Numbered from the stretch's first letter, positions 1 through 9,034 are shown. The stretch: DNA of 28,468 nt from Cyanobacteriota bacterium (GCA_033764955.1 JANRIL010000007.1:1-28468); one strand, 5' to 3'. Numbers and translations are program-made. Notes: generated by a model from the letters alone, not told the origin.

Positions 1-2
1 CC

Positions 3-518
3 ACGCAGAATCCGATTGAACAGGAAGGCACGTATCCTCTGCCGGAGGCGCAACTCGACCGTTTTATGTTCAATCTCTGGTTGGACTACCCGTCGTTTCA
101 GGAGGAAGTCAGCATTGTGAAAAATACGACTTCCGGCTACAAGCCCGAAGTAAAGGCGGTTCTGGGTGCGGCGGAAATTATGCAGTATCAAGATTTAGTG
201 CGGCGTGTACCCGTTGCAGACAACGTTGTCGAGTATGCTGTTCGTCTTGTTCATGCAACGCGCCCGTCGGCGGAATCTACTATCAAGGTTGTGAAGGATT
301 TTCTTAGCTATGGTGCGGGTCCGAGAGCATCACAATATCTGATTTTGGGCGCGAAAACACGTGCCGCTCTTTTGGGTAAAACCACACCCGATATGGACGA
401 TGTTCGCGCTGTCGCGCCGCCTGTGCTGCGCCACCGCATTGTGGCAAACTTCAATGCCGAAGCCGATGGCGTTTCGACGGTGGATATTGTCGAGCGATTG
501 CTGAAAGAGTTGGCATAA
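3..518 (+). CDS. MoxR-family AAA+ ATPase, 3' part (5'-truncated by window edge)
   Basis: The frame is open from base 3 and reads [22 protein letters not shown], the MoxR signature. GAGPRASQ and VLRHRI lid motifs follow; stop TAA ends at 518. Confidence 0.93.
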   Translation, partial: TQNPIEQEGTYPLPEAQLDRFMFNLWLDYPSFQEEVSIVKNTTSGYKPEVKAVLGAAEIMQYQDLVRRVPVADNVVEYAVRLVHATRPSAESTIKVVKDFLSYGAGPRASQYLILGAKTRAALLGKTTPDMDDVRAVAPPVLRHRIVANFNAEADGVSTVDIVERLLKELA

Positions 519-555
519 AAAAATTAAGACTTTCCCATCATGCGTCGCACCGTCT

Positions 556-1851
556 ATGCCGCTTCAACGCTTGTTTTTTGCATATCTCATCTGTGTGCAT
601 CTGGTCGTTGCAGGCATTGTGATATGGTTCGCCAAAGTTGATGCACTCGTGCTTGTGGCATTAGAAACGGGATTATTGCTGTCGTTGGGAGCAGGTGCGT
701 GGCTTCTTTCACGATTTTTCGCGCCGCTCGGAATGCTTCGACAGGGCGCGGATATGCTACGTGAAAGCGACTTCTCAAGCCGTATTGCGCCGACGGGACA
801 GTCGGAAATGGATACATTGATTGCGGTATTTAACGCAATGTTGTCAAGTTTGCGCGAAGAACGATTGAAAACTGAGGAACAACGCCATTTACTGGGAGCA
901 ATCCTTGAGCAAACCCCGACGGGCATTATTATTTGTGACTTTGACGGGCGCGTTGGCAGCATGAATCCAAGCGCGAAAGCATTGCTTGGCGATATTGCTC
1001 TCGGTACAAGCATTGATGAGCTTCCTGAGCCGTTCAGCCGCACGTGTGCATCGTTGCTTGGTGCGAAGCAATCTGAAGTTCTTGCTCTTGGCATTCGCCG
1101 TGTTCGTTGCACTCGCATTGAGTTCTTCGATAGAGGTTTTGCGAGGTCTGCGTACTTGTTTGATGAAATGACGGAGGAATTGCGCCGTTCGGAAAAAGCC
1201 GCCTACGACAAACTTATTCGCATCTTTGCGCATGAAATCAACAATTCGGCAGGGGCGGTACGGTCTATTTTGCAATCGGTTTCATCCTACGTGCCGCAAC
1301 TGGATGCAGACGACCGCGCCGACGTGGAAAATGCTCTTCGCATTGCGATTGACCGCACAAGCAGCCTTGCCGCGTTCATCAAAGGATATGCCGATATTGT
1401 CCGCCTGCCCGCACCAAACCTTGCGCTGTGCGATATTGTCGCGCTTGTTCGGCGAATTGCTGACCTTCTTTCCCCAACCGCCGCAGAAAAACAGGTCTTG
1501 TTTGATATTCGTTCACCGCAAGCGTCAATGCAGGTTATGGGCGATACAGCGCAGTTGGAGCAGGTTCTTTTAAATATCTGCAAAAATGCCATAGAAGCAA
1601 GTAATGAAGCGGCACAGATAATAATAACGGTAGCTGAAGAATCAGGCAAAACAAGGCTCACGGTTGAAAATACAGGTGTGCCGATTCCGCCTGAAATACA
1701 AAACAAACTTTTTACGCCATTTTTCACAACCAAGCCTGACGGGCAGGGCATCGGACTTATGCTGGTACGTGATATTTTGACAGCGCACAATATTTCCTTT
1801 GCGCTGGACGGAACAAGTAATGGTGCGCGATTTACGATGATTTTCCCATAG
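556..1851 (+). CDS. Sensor histidine kinase (2 TM, HAMP, PAS-like, HisKA, HATPase_c; NtrY-like)
   Basis: Two N-terminal hydrophobic helices, H-box FAHEINNS, N-box LEQVLLNICKNAIEA, F/G boxes LFTPFFTTKPDGQGIGL. Confidence 0.92.
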   Translation: MPLQRLFFAYLICVHLVVAGIVIWFAKVDALVLVALETGLLLSLGAGAWLLSRFFAPLGMLRQGADMLRESDFSSRIAPTGQSEMDTLIAVFNAMLSSLREERLKTEEQRHLLGAILEQTPTGIIICDFDGRVGSMNPSAKALLGDIALGTSIDELPEPFSRTCASLLGAKQSEVLALGIRRVRCTRIEFFDRGFARSAYLFDEMTEELRRSEKAAYDKLIRIFAHEINNSAGAVRSILQSVSSYVPQLDADDRADVENALRIAIDRTSSLAAFIKGYADIVRLPAPNLALCDIVALVRRIADLLSPTAAEKQVLFDIRSPQASMQVMGDTAQLEQVLLNICKNAIEASNEAAQIIITVAEESGKTRLTVENTGVPIPPEIQNKLFTPFFTTKPDGQGIGLMLVRDILTAHNISFALDGTSNGARFTMIFP

Positions 1852-1887
1852 TATTTAAAGATAATTTTTTAGCACAAAAAAAATATT

Positions 1888-1916
1888 TTGCGCAACACCC
1901 AAAAACAGTGTATATT
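1888..1916 (+). promoter_or_regulatory. Sigma70-type promoter for tRNA-Val
   Basis: TTGCGC (1888-1893), 17 nt spacer, TATATT (1911-1916). It is preceded by an A/T tract resembling an UP element and lies ~40 nt upstream of the tRNA. Confidence 0.6.
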
Positions 1917-1955
1917 GCAAGTCTGTTTACGCAACTACAAATGTGACAACAATTC

Positions 1956-2030
1956 GGGCGGTTAGCTCAGCTGGTTCAGAGCGCCTGCCTTACAAGCAGG
2001 ATGTCGCTGGTTCGAAACCGGCATCGCCCA
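1956..2030 (+). tRNA. tRNA-Val (anticodon TAC)
   Basis: Cloverleaf: acceptor GGGCGGT/ATCGCCC, D arm GCTC/GAGC, anticodon arm CCTGC-CTTACAA-GCAGG, T arm GCTGG-TTCGAAA-CCGGC, discriminator A. CCA is not encoded. Confidence 0.97.
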
Positions 2031-2359
2031 TCTTTATGTAGTCTAGAGAAAACAGGCTAAGCCCTTTCTGGAAGATGATTTTACGGCTTCGTGCCCGTCG
2101 GCTTGTTGCGACCAGAACGGACAGTATGGCACTGGATGGTACGGCGAAACTGGAGGCTTTATATCAAGCTTTGTCCACTCCTCAGCCAAGCTCTATGAGT
2201 GTCGAGGCATTTGATGAGCAGGTAGTGGGAGGTCGCCCCATCATTCAAGTCCGAGGGTGTTTTCCCTACAACCATGCATGTTTTCTTTCTGTGCAGTCAA
2301 AACTTGATCGCTGACCTGGTCAACGAGTTTATTTTTAACCCGTGCATTGCTTTATCCCC

Positions 2360-4186
2360 TCACCCCCGCTCCAACTCGAAGGCGGCATGAATCACCTGAA
2401 GGGCTTTTTCTCCCTCTTGGATGGGAACCACACAACTGACCTTGATCTCAGAAGTGGCGATCATCTCGATGTTGATCTCCGCCCTCGCCAATGCCTGAAA
2501 CATACGGGCGGCTACCCCAGGATGAGCTTCCATATCGGATCCCACCACACTCACCTTCGCCACCTCTGGATCTAGCACCACGCCCGCACAGGCTAACTGA
2601 CCCGCCACGCTCTCTAACACCTGTTTAGCGGTTTCCGCTTGATCGTGGGGTACCGTAAAGGCCATATCGTTGGTCGGGATCCCCTGACCATTCATGACAT
2701 GCCGCTGACTCTGAATGATGGTGTTGACCAGAACCCCCGCCGCCGCCAGTTGCCCAAACACCTGTACCGCCACCCCCGGTCGATCCGGCACCTGCAAGAT
2801 CGCCAGCCGTGACTGCTTGAGATCGAGAGCCACACCCCGCACGGGATGATCCCGAAAGGTTGCTGGGGAGGGACGATAGCTGTGGGGGATCACCTGAAAA
2901 AACTCACCCAGGAGGAGAGCCGCATCGCTGGCGCGGTCTCCGGCAATCACACAACTCACCTTAATTTCGGACATCGAGATCATTTGCAGGTTGATGCCCG
3001 CCTTCGCCAGCACCCGAAACATATCCGCTGCGATGCCCGGTCTGCCGATCATGCCTACCCCGCCGATGCTCACCTTCGCCACATCCGCATCCACCCCGAT
3101 TTCCGGACATCCCAATCGCTCTCCCACCTGTCGAGCGGTTTTTTCAGCCAGCTCCGCTGCTTGCTTCGGCACCGTAAAGGCGATGTCATTGGTGGGATCC
3201 CCATCGGTGGAATGAATAGATTGGAGGATCAGATCCACATTCACCCCCGCCTCAGCAATCGTCTGAAAGAGTAGGGCGGCTACCCCCGGTCGATCGGGAA
3301 CCCGCAACAGGGCGATTTTTACCTGATCCCGATCCAGAGATACGGCATTGACCGCCTGCACCGCTTCCAATCCGGTTAGAGGGTGCTCACCTGGATCTGG
3401 GGAGAGAATCAGCGTTCCGGTGGTGGCTTTGGAGGAACTGGGGAGATCTGGACTGGATAAATCTGGACTGGGTAAGGGATCCAGGCTGGAGAGAACCTTT
3501 AATTTCATGCCGAAGTTACGGGCAATCTCCACCGAACGAGGGTGCAACACCTGCGCTCCTAAGCTGGCTAGTTCCAACATCTCGGTGCTGGTAATCTCCG
3601 GCAAGAGACGGGCGGCAGGCACTTTGCGGGGATCCGTCGTAAATACCCCCGGCACATCCGTATAAATCTCGCAGAGATCCGCCCGCAGCGCCACCGCCAC
3701 CGCCACCGCCGTTGTATCGGATCCCCCCCGTCCCAAGGTCGTGATTGCGCCGTCCTGACTAACCCCCTGAAATCCGGCCACCACCACCACTTCTCCCTGT
3801 TGCAGATGGTGATGCAGCCGTTGACTATTGATTTCTAAAATGCGGGCGCGGGTATGATCGCGGCTGGTGAGAATACCCGCTTGGGATCCCGTCATGGAGA
3901 TAGCCGGACAACCGATTTGGTGGAGCGCCATGCTGAGCAGGGCAATGCTCACCTGCTCTCCCGTAGCCAATAACATATCCATCTCGCGCCCCGACAGGGG
4001 TTGGGATCCCGTAGCCAATCCGGTAGCCAGATCCACCAAGCGATCCGTTTCATGCCCCATCGCCGAAACCACTACCACCACTTGATGTCCCAGACTAACG
4101 GTGTATTGCACGCGGCGAGCCACCGCCCGTATCCGCTCAATCGACCCCACGGAGGTGCCACCATACTTCTGCACAATCAAGCTCAT
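2360..4186 (-). CDS. lysC: Aspartate kinase (cyanobacterial type, duplicated ACT pairs)
   Basis: KYGGTSVG, VVSAMG, TTLGRGGSDTTA and IYTDVPG motifs. Two repeated C-terminal modules VPDRPG...AKVS..G (four ACT domains). Confidence 0.95.
   Translation of the reverse strand: MSLIVQKYGGTSVGSIERIRAVARRVQYTVSLGHQVVVVVSAMGHETDRLVDLATGLATGSQPLSGREMDMLLATGEQVSIALLSMALHQIGCPAISMTGSQAGILTSRDHTRARILEINSQRLHHHLQQGEVVVVAGFQGVSQDGAITTLGRGGSDTTAVAVAVALRADLCEIYTDVPGVFTTDPRKVPAARLLPEITSTEMLELASLGAQVLHPRSVEIARNFGMKLKVLSSLDPLPSPDLSSPDLPSSSKATTGTLILSPDPGEHPLTGLEAVQAVNAVSLDRDQVKIALLRVPDRPGVAALLFQTIAEAGVNVDLILQSIHSTDGDPTNDIAFTVPKQAAELAEKTARQVGERLGCPEIGVDADVAKVSIGGVGMIGRPGIAADMFRVLAKAGINLQMISMSEIKVSCVIAGDRASDAALLLGEFFQVIPHSYRPSPATFRDHPVRGVALDLKQSRLAILQVPDRPGVAVQVFGQLAAAGVLVNTIIQSQRHVMNGQGIPTNDMAFTVPHDQAETAKQVLESVAGQLACAGVVLDPEVAKVSVVGSDMEAHPGVAARMFQALARAEINIEMIATSEIKVSCVVPIQEGEKALQVIHAAFELERG
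3437..3476. repeat. Imperfect 15-bp tandem repeat inside lysC (encodes LPSPD/LSSPD/LPSS linker)
   Basis: ACTGGGGAGATCTGG, ACTGGATAAATCTGG, ACTGGGTAAG read on the + strand. Confidence 0.6.
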
Positions 4187-4420
4187 AGGGAAACCCGCTA
4201 CGTTTTTGCTCCGAGAAAAGTTGCCATGATTAGGCGATTTAGACTAAGCCCTGAGTCTTGTGTCTGTCAATACCGAAAAGGGAATCGGTTCCCTCTACCA
4301 TGGTTTCACGCCAAAATTTCCTGTTTTCCCGTCAGGATCCCAACGTGACCTCGATCATGCATTCTCTAGGGATAAAAAATATACTCAATAGCAATCTCTC
4401 TACCCCTGCTCCATCCTCCT

Positions 4421-4873
4421 ATGGTTATCCTCGATTACGCCGAAGCCAATCATGACTTTTTGGTGGCTACTCCTTTAGGGTTACTGGAGTTAATTCAGTT
4501 CCAGAGCCGCTTTTATGCGATCCGACAAGCTTACAGGCAACTGCAAGAGGCCATCAAAACCTGTCGGCAGGATATTGAGAATGGATTTATCAGCATTGTG
4601 GTGAATTGCGGGGATCATGCAGAAGTGTGGGCGCAAATTGCCCCCGATCTAGTGATCAAGCCCAAATCTATGCCCCAACAGACGGCTACTCCTGTGCAAG
4701 GGCTTTCCTTTCGGGGTCGTCAGGTCATGATCGCCACCGAAACGATCACCGCTCCCCAACAGATCATCTATCGGGGTCAGCACCTACAAATTTCACCCAC
4801 CAAAAAGGTGGCGGGGCAACTGCCAGATACCCTCTATTATCGGGGTGCCAAGCTCAACTCCCCCCATTCCTAA
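4421..4873 (+). CDS. Cyanobacterial hypothetical protein with three C-terminal (F/Y)RG motifs (DUF4278-like tail)
   Basis: 150-aa ORF filling the lysC-era gap, containing LSFRGRQV, IIYRGQHL and LYYRGAKL. Confidence 0.65.
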   Translation: MVILDYAEANHDFLVATPLGLLELIQFQSRFYAIRQAYRQLQEAIKTCRQDIENGFISIVVNCGDHAEVWAQIAPDLVIKPKSMPQQTATPVQGLSFRGRQVMIATETITAPQQIIYRGQHLQISPTKKVAGQLPDTLYYRGAKLNSPHS

Positions 4874-4956
4874 AATCCTCAAGAACATCTCCTCAGGGAT
4901 CCCCTGCCTGCCGTTGCCCATGAGGTAGCATAGAACTTCTAAACGCGGCTCTGTCC

Positions 4957-5955
4957 ATGACCGAACTACTGGACTTCTCCTCACTGGGGTCAGAGGATGA
5001 GGGGATCTCGGAACCAATAACGGGAACCCTTATTCCTGTCGCGCCACCCGGATTTCGTTCTGGCTTTATGGCGCTGATTGGGCGACCGAATGTGGGCAAA
5101 TCCACGCTGCTGAATGCTTTGGTCGGACAAAAGGTGGCGATTACCTCCCCCGTTGCCCAAACCACCCGCAACCGTTTACAGGGGATCCTCACCCTGGCGG
5201 AGGCTCAGATCATTCTGGTGGATACTCCCGGCATTCACAAACCCCATCACCGTTTGGGGGAAATCTTAGTGGAAAATGCTCAGGCCACTTTTTATGCGGT
5301 GGATGCCATCGTTTTTGTGGTGGATGGCAGTGTGGCAGCGGGACGGGGGGATGCCTACATCGCGGAGCGGATCCCGGCACAAGTGCCCACCCTGATCTGT
5401 TGCAATAAGTCGGATTTATTGGGGGGTGAAGTATCGATGCTGGCTGACTTACCCTATCGTTATCAAGATAGTTATCACGAATTATTGCCGCAGGCGGATC
5501 TGGTGAGTGTTTCTGCCCTCAACCCAGACAGTCTGACGCCACTACTCGCCAAAATGCAAGCCCTCCTCCCCTCAGGGCCTTACTACTATCCCCCTGATTT
5601 GGTGACGGATCAGCCGGAGCGCTTCATTATGGGGGAGTTGATCCGCGAACAGATTTTGTTGAATACCCGTGAAGAGATTCCCCACTCGGTAGCGGTCACT
5701 GTCGATCAGGTGGAAGAGTCCCCCACGTTGACGCGGGTTTTAGCCACAATCACCGTTGAACGGGAATCGCAAAAGGCGATTTTAATTGGCAAGAAAGGGG
5801 ATATGTTGAAAACGATCGGACACAATGCTCGCCTACAAATGCAAAAGTTAGTAGCTGGGAAGATTTATCTAGAGTTATTTGTACGGGTGCGACCCCATTG
5901 GCGACGTTCTCCGGGATTGTTGAAGGATTTGGGCTATCGGATTGAATCGGAATAG
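4957..5955 (+). CDS. era: GTPase Era
   Basis: G1 GRPNVGKS, QTTRNRLQGI, G3 DTPG, G4 NKSD; KH domain with ILIGKKG and IYLELFVRV. Confidence 0.97.
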   Translation: MTELLDFSSLGSEDEGISEPITGTLIPVAPPGFRSGFMALIGRPNVGKSTLLNALVGQKVAITSPVAQTTRNRLQGILTLAEAQIILVDTPGIHKPHHRLGEILVENAQATFYAVDAIVFVVDGSVAAGRGDAYIAERIPAQVPTLICCNKSDLLGGEVSMLADLPYRYQDSYHELLPQADLVSVSALNPDSLTPLLAKMQALLPSGPYYYPPDLVTDQPERFIMGELIREQILLNTREEIPHSVAVTVDQVEESPTLTRVLATITVERESQKAILIGKKGDMLKTIGHNARLQMQKLVAGKIYLELFVRVRPHWRRSPGLLKDLGYRIESE

Positions 5956-6106
5956 TTAAATTCAGACTGGAAAACTAAGCTCAATCCTGAATGTGGATTA
6001 TCCTTGTTCAATAGGTAAAACATGATGGCATCCGTTCTGCACGGTGTGTCCTAATATAGCTGACGGTTGCTACATCAAGAGAATTTAAGGCTAAAAGGAA
6101 AGCTTA

Positions 6107-6125
6107 CTCCTGCTTAGAGCGGGAG
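6107..6125. terminator. Hairpin between convergent era and ankyrin genes (possible terminator)
   Basis: CTCCTGCT-TAG-AGCGGGAG, an 8-bp stem with one G-U pair. No clear U tract. Confidence 0.35.
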
Positions 6126-6185
6126 CCTTCATTACCCACCCGTGCCCATCCAGAGTTACCCAATACGCCCCCAAAGATGAGGAGT

Positions 6186-6791
6186 TCAGGGGGCAACCGC
6201 TTCCGGTAGGCTTTCTGGGCTGGTGAGACCCCCATATTGGCGGAGTAGGGTGGCCACCTCCTGATGACCCAAATCAAGAGCAATCGCCAGGGGAGTCAGC
6301 CCATAGCCATCGGCTCGATTGACCTCGGATCCCTTATCCAAAAGTAGCTGGGTGAGCGGCAGATCCCCCTGCCACGCCGCAAAATGCAAAGGGATCCCGC
6401 CAGAACCAAACTCGGCATTCACATCCGCTCCCGCCTCGATCAAGCCTTGTGCCACCTCCGCTAGCCCATTGCGAGCCGCTTGGTGGAGGGGACTGGCTCC
6501 TGCCTGATCGGTGAGATGCACATCGGCGCCACGCTCCGTCAACAGTTGAGTGCGCCCCAGAGAACTGGCATAAAATAAGGGGGTTTTGCCCAGGGGATCC
6601 CGTTGGTTGGGATCCTCCCCCAAACTCAACAAAATCAGCAGAGCCAGGTCATGGCGGGCGGCGGCTTCATGCAAGTTTCTCGGCAACGTCGCCCCATACA
6701 TTCCCAAGCCCAGCAGCAGGACAAGGGATGCCGCGATGCCGACCGACTGTGGGTTGAGGGTTTTGCGAATCCTTTGAACCATTGGTTTCAT
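6186..6791 (-). CDS. Ankyrin-repeat protein with N-terminal membrane anchor
   Basis: Repeats GKTPLFYA, GASPLHQAA, GGIPLHFAA and GLTPLAIA with GADV(N/H) turns. Hydrophobic segment VGIAASLVLLLGLGMYG. Confidence 0.9.
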   Translation of the reverse strand: MKPMVQRIRKTLNPQSVGIAASLVLLLGLGMYGATLPRNLHEAAARHDLALLILLSLGEDPNQRDPLGKTPLFYASSLGRTQLLTERGADVHLTDQAGASPLHQAARNGLAEVAQGLIEAGADVNAEFGSGGIPLHFAAWQGDLPLTQLLLDKGSEVNRADGYGLTPLAIALDLGHQEVATLLRQYGGLTSPESLPEAVAP

Positions 6792-6838
6792 AACATGCCA
6801 AATTTACAAAAATTAATGATGCTGTGGGGAGCGCCCAT

Positions 6839-7522
6839 CTAAACCATTTGAATGGCTTGTACTAACTTGGCATACTGCACCAGATAGAGAGCCTGTTCGG
6901 CAGGATTTGTCCGTAGTAAACCCTGGCTGCTAAACCGTTCGAGAGCTTGCTTGGCTTCCCCCACCGGGATCCCGGCTAAATCAGCGAGATCTTCCGGCGG
7001 CAGATCGAGTAACTTCATCCCCTGAGCCGTTTTTTGGCCATAGGCTTCCGCCAGTTGGACTAAGGTGTAGACCAGTTTGACGGCTCCACTTTGGCGACTC
7101 AGATCAAAGCGTTGGTTGGCTTGCCGCAGGCGGCGACAGAGTTCCTGAGCCAATCGGTATCCCAGGTGAGCTTCCCGTAGCACTAGATCTTGAAAGAGCG
7201 TGGCCGGAATCATCGCCACCTGCACAGGCGTCAACGCCACCACATCCCGCGAGCGGGGCACTTCATCCAAAACTGCCATTTCTCCTACCAAGGCTCCGGT
7301 GGCTAAAACCGCCAGCGTTTTGGGCGGGTTCCCTCCTCCTCTTACCTTCACCCAACCTGATATCAAGAGATAGACGGCATGACCCCAAACATCCGCCATT
7401 AGGAGCGCCTGTCCCGCCTGCACATCTCGAAAGCTGACCCCCTCCGTCAGCAACTGTCGGGATCCCTCCCCCATCCCTTCCAACCAAGGCAGGGCAAGCA
7501 AAGCAGATGTCAGATCACTCAT
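6839..7522 (-). CDS. Crp/Fnr-family transcriptional regulator (cyanobacterial SyCrp-like)
   Basis: cNMP-binding fold (WGHAVYLLISGWVKV, GEMAVLD..PRS), C-helix RRLRQANQR, C-terminal HTH region LADLAG. Confidence 0.88.
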   Translation of the reverse strand: MSDLTSALLALPWLEGMGEGSRQLLTEGVSFRDVQAGQALLMADVWGHAVYLLISGWVKVRGGGNPPKTLAVLATGALVGEMAVLDEVPRSRDVVALTPVQVAMIPATLFQDLVLREAHLGYRLAQELCRRLRQANQRFDLSRQSGAVKLVYTLVQLAEAYGQKTAQGMKLLDLPPEDLADLAGIPVGEAKQALERFSSQGLLRTNPAEQALYLVQYAKLVQAIQMV

Positions 7523-7643
7523 GGTTAGATCACCGAAACAAAAGGGAGTTGAACAACATCGACTAGGGCTGGCTGGCGTTTGTAGCGATCATAGCCGTCG
7601 GATCCCCTGTAGACGAGTCATCATTTTTGTGTACATAGGTTTG

Positions 7644-7669
7644 AAGGTCGCTTAGCAGGCGGCCTTTTT
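7644..7669 (+). terminator. Rho-independent terminator-like hairpin plus U tract
   Basis: AAGGTCGC-TTAGCAG-GCGGCC followed by TTTTT. Confidence 0.55.
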
Positions 7670-7909
7670 AGGCTGAGTAGCGGCATCAGAAGAAGCAAGG
7701 GGGGAAAACAGTTGTGGGGATCGCGGTTGCTCCCCAAAGGATCCTACCCACTTCCAAAGAATACTTTTCGGTTTTGTGAGAAGGATGACAGATCCGGCAC
7801 AATAGTATTTTGATCAAATCCTTGAGCTAACTGGTTATCCCCCTTCTTTGGGATAACGGTCAGGGAGAGATGGATTGGCTCAATCGGTTGTGGTGTTGAG
7901 GAGGAAGTT

Positions 7910-9034
7910 ATGGGAAAGAAACAAAAATCGAAATTATTGATTAAATCTGAGGGGAAAACCTTGACACAGGCTAAGTCATCAACTGGCTTTCAGCCGATAC
8001 CGCGCGCTTCAACCGATTCTACTCAGCCCCAGCATATCGAGTCTGGCATCTCAGCTACTCTGCAACGTAAAATCGCCGAAAGCAAGCTTGCTCAAATGAG
8101 TGACGAAGAAATTATCACCAGTTTATTTTTTCACGGGATCCCTGTTGAACAGGCTATGCAGGCGGTAGACGAGGTGGGTCATCATCCCTATTTTCTAGCC
8201 AGCCAAAATTTCTGGCAACTGCATCAAAAACTGCTCTCCTTCTTGGCAATTCAAGAGAAGTTACGAAGTCTTTCTACTCAAAAAACTACTCTGGATCGGG
8301 TAGATGGCTTGACTCCGCAAGAATTCTTAGAAAGTTATTATGCCACCAACAAACCTGTAATTTTGACCAAGCAAATACAAGATTGGCAGGCATTAACCAA
8401 ATGGGATCCTGACTATCTAAAATCTCTCTGTGGATCTATCCCCGTTGAGGTGCAGATTGATCGGCAAAACAACCCCAACTATGAACGACAAAAAACAATG
8501 CAGGAGTTGCCATTTGGTGACTATCTTGACCGTATTCTGGCGGCAGGTGAGACGAATGATCTGTATATGATCGCCAACAACCAGAATTTTTTACGTGATG
8601 GATTGGAGATCCTTCTACACGATATTCAGCTTCCCCCCTACTTGGATCAAAAATCCCTGAGAAACAGTGTTCATCTCTGGTTAGGAGCCGCTGGAACTAT
8701 TACACCCCTTCACCATGATCCCCTTAATATCTTGTTTACCCAAATTTGGGGATCCAAGCATATTCGTCTGATTCCACCCACTTGCACCCCTTGGCTCTAT
8801 AACTATCAAGGTGTATTTAGTTCTGTGGATGGATTTCAACCTGATTTCGAGACCCATCCCCTCTTTCAACAGGTGGTTCCCTATGATGTGATTATTCATC
8901 CGGGAGAAGCGTTGTTTATTCCCGTGGGTTGGTGGCATTGTGTGCGGTCTTTAGAGGTTAGCCTTTCCCTCTCATTCACTAATTTTATTTTTCCCAATCA
9001 GTTTGACTGGCAGCATCCCCAAATCCGGCCATGA
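7910..9034 (+). CDS. JmjC / cupin-like (Cupin_8) 2OG-Fe(II) oxygenase
   Basis: NKPVIL, WQALTKWDPDYLK, LWLGAAGTITPLHHD (HxD), GSKHIRL, GEALFIPVGWWHCVRSL (distal His). RBS AGGAGG at 7899-7904. Confidence 0.9.
   Translation: MGKKQKSKLLIKSEGKTLTQAKSSTGFQPIPRASTDSTQPQHIESGISATLQRKIAESKLAQMSDEEIITSLFFHGIPVEQAMQAVDEVGHHPYFLASQNFWQLHQKLLSFLAIQEKLRSLSTQKTTLDRVDGLTPQEFLESYYATNKPVILTKQIQDWQALTKWDPDYLKSLCGSIPVEVQIDRQNNPNYERQKTMQELPFGDYLDRILAAGETNDLYMIANNQNFLRDGLEILLHDIQLPPYLDQKSLRNSVHLWLGAAGTITPLHHDPLNILFTQIWGSKHIRLIPPTCTPWLYNYQGVFSSVDGFQPDFETHPLFQQVVPYDVIIHPGEALFIPVGWWHCVRSLEVSLSLSFTNFIFPNQFDWQHPQIRP

Noticed and set aside
2075..2314. 79-aa ORF after the tRNA
   Set aside because: No recognisable motif or RBS, and it lies in the suspected junction zone. 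It may be a gene fragment but cannot be supported.
1956..2360. tRNA-Val as integration site of a genomic island
   Set aside because: No integrase, I noticed no duplicated tRNA 3' end, and the downstream genes are core housekeeping genes.
6057..6072. TAGC-N8-GCTA inverted repeat as an NtcA site
   Set aside because: It does not fit GTA-N8-TAC and lies between convergent genes.
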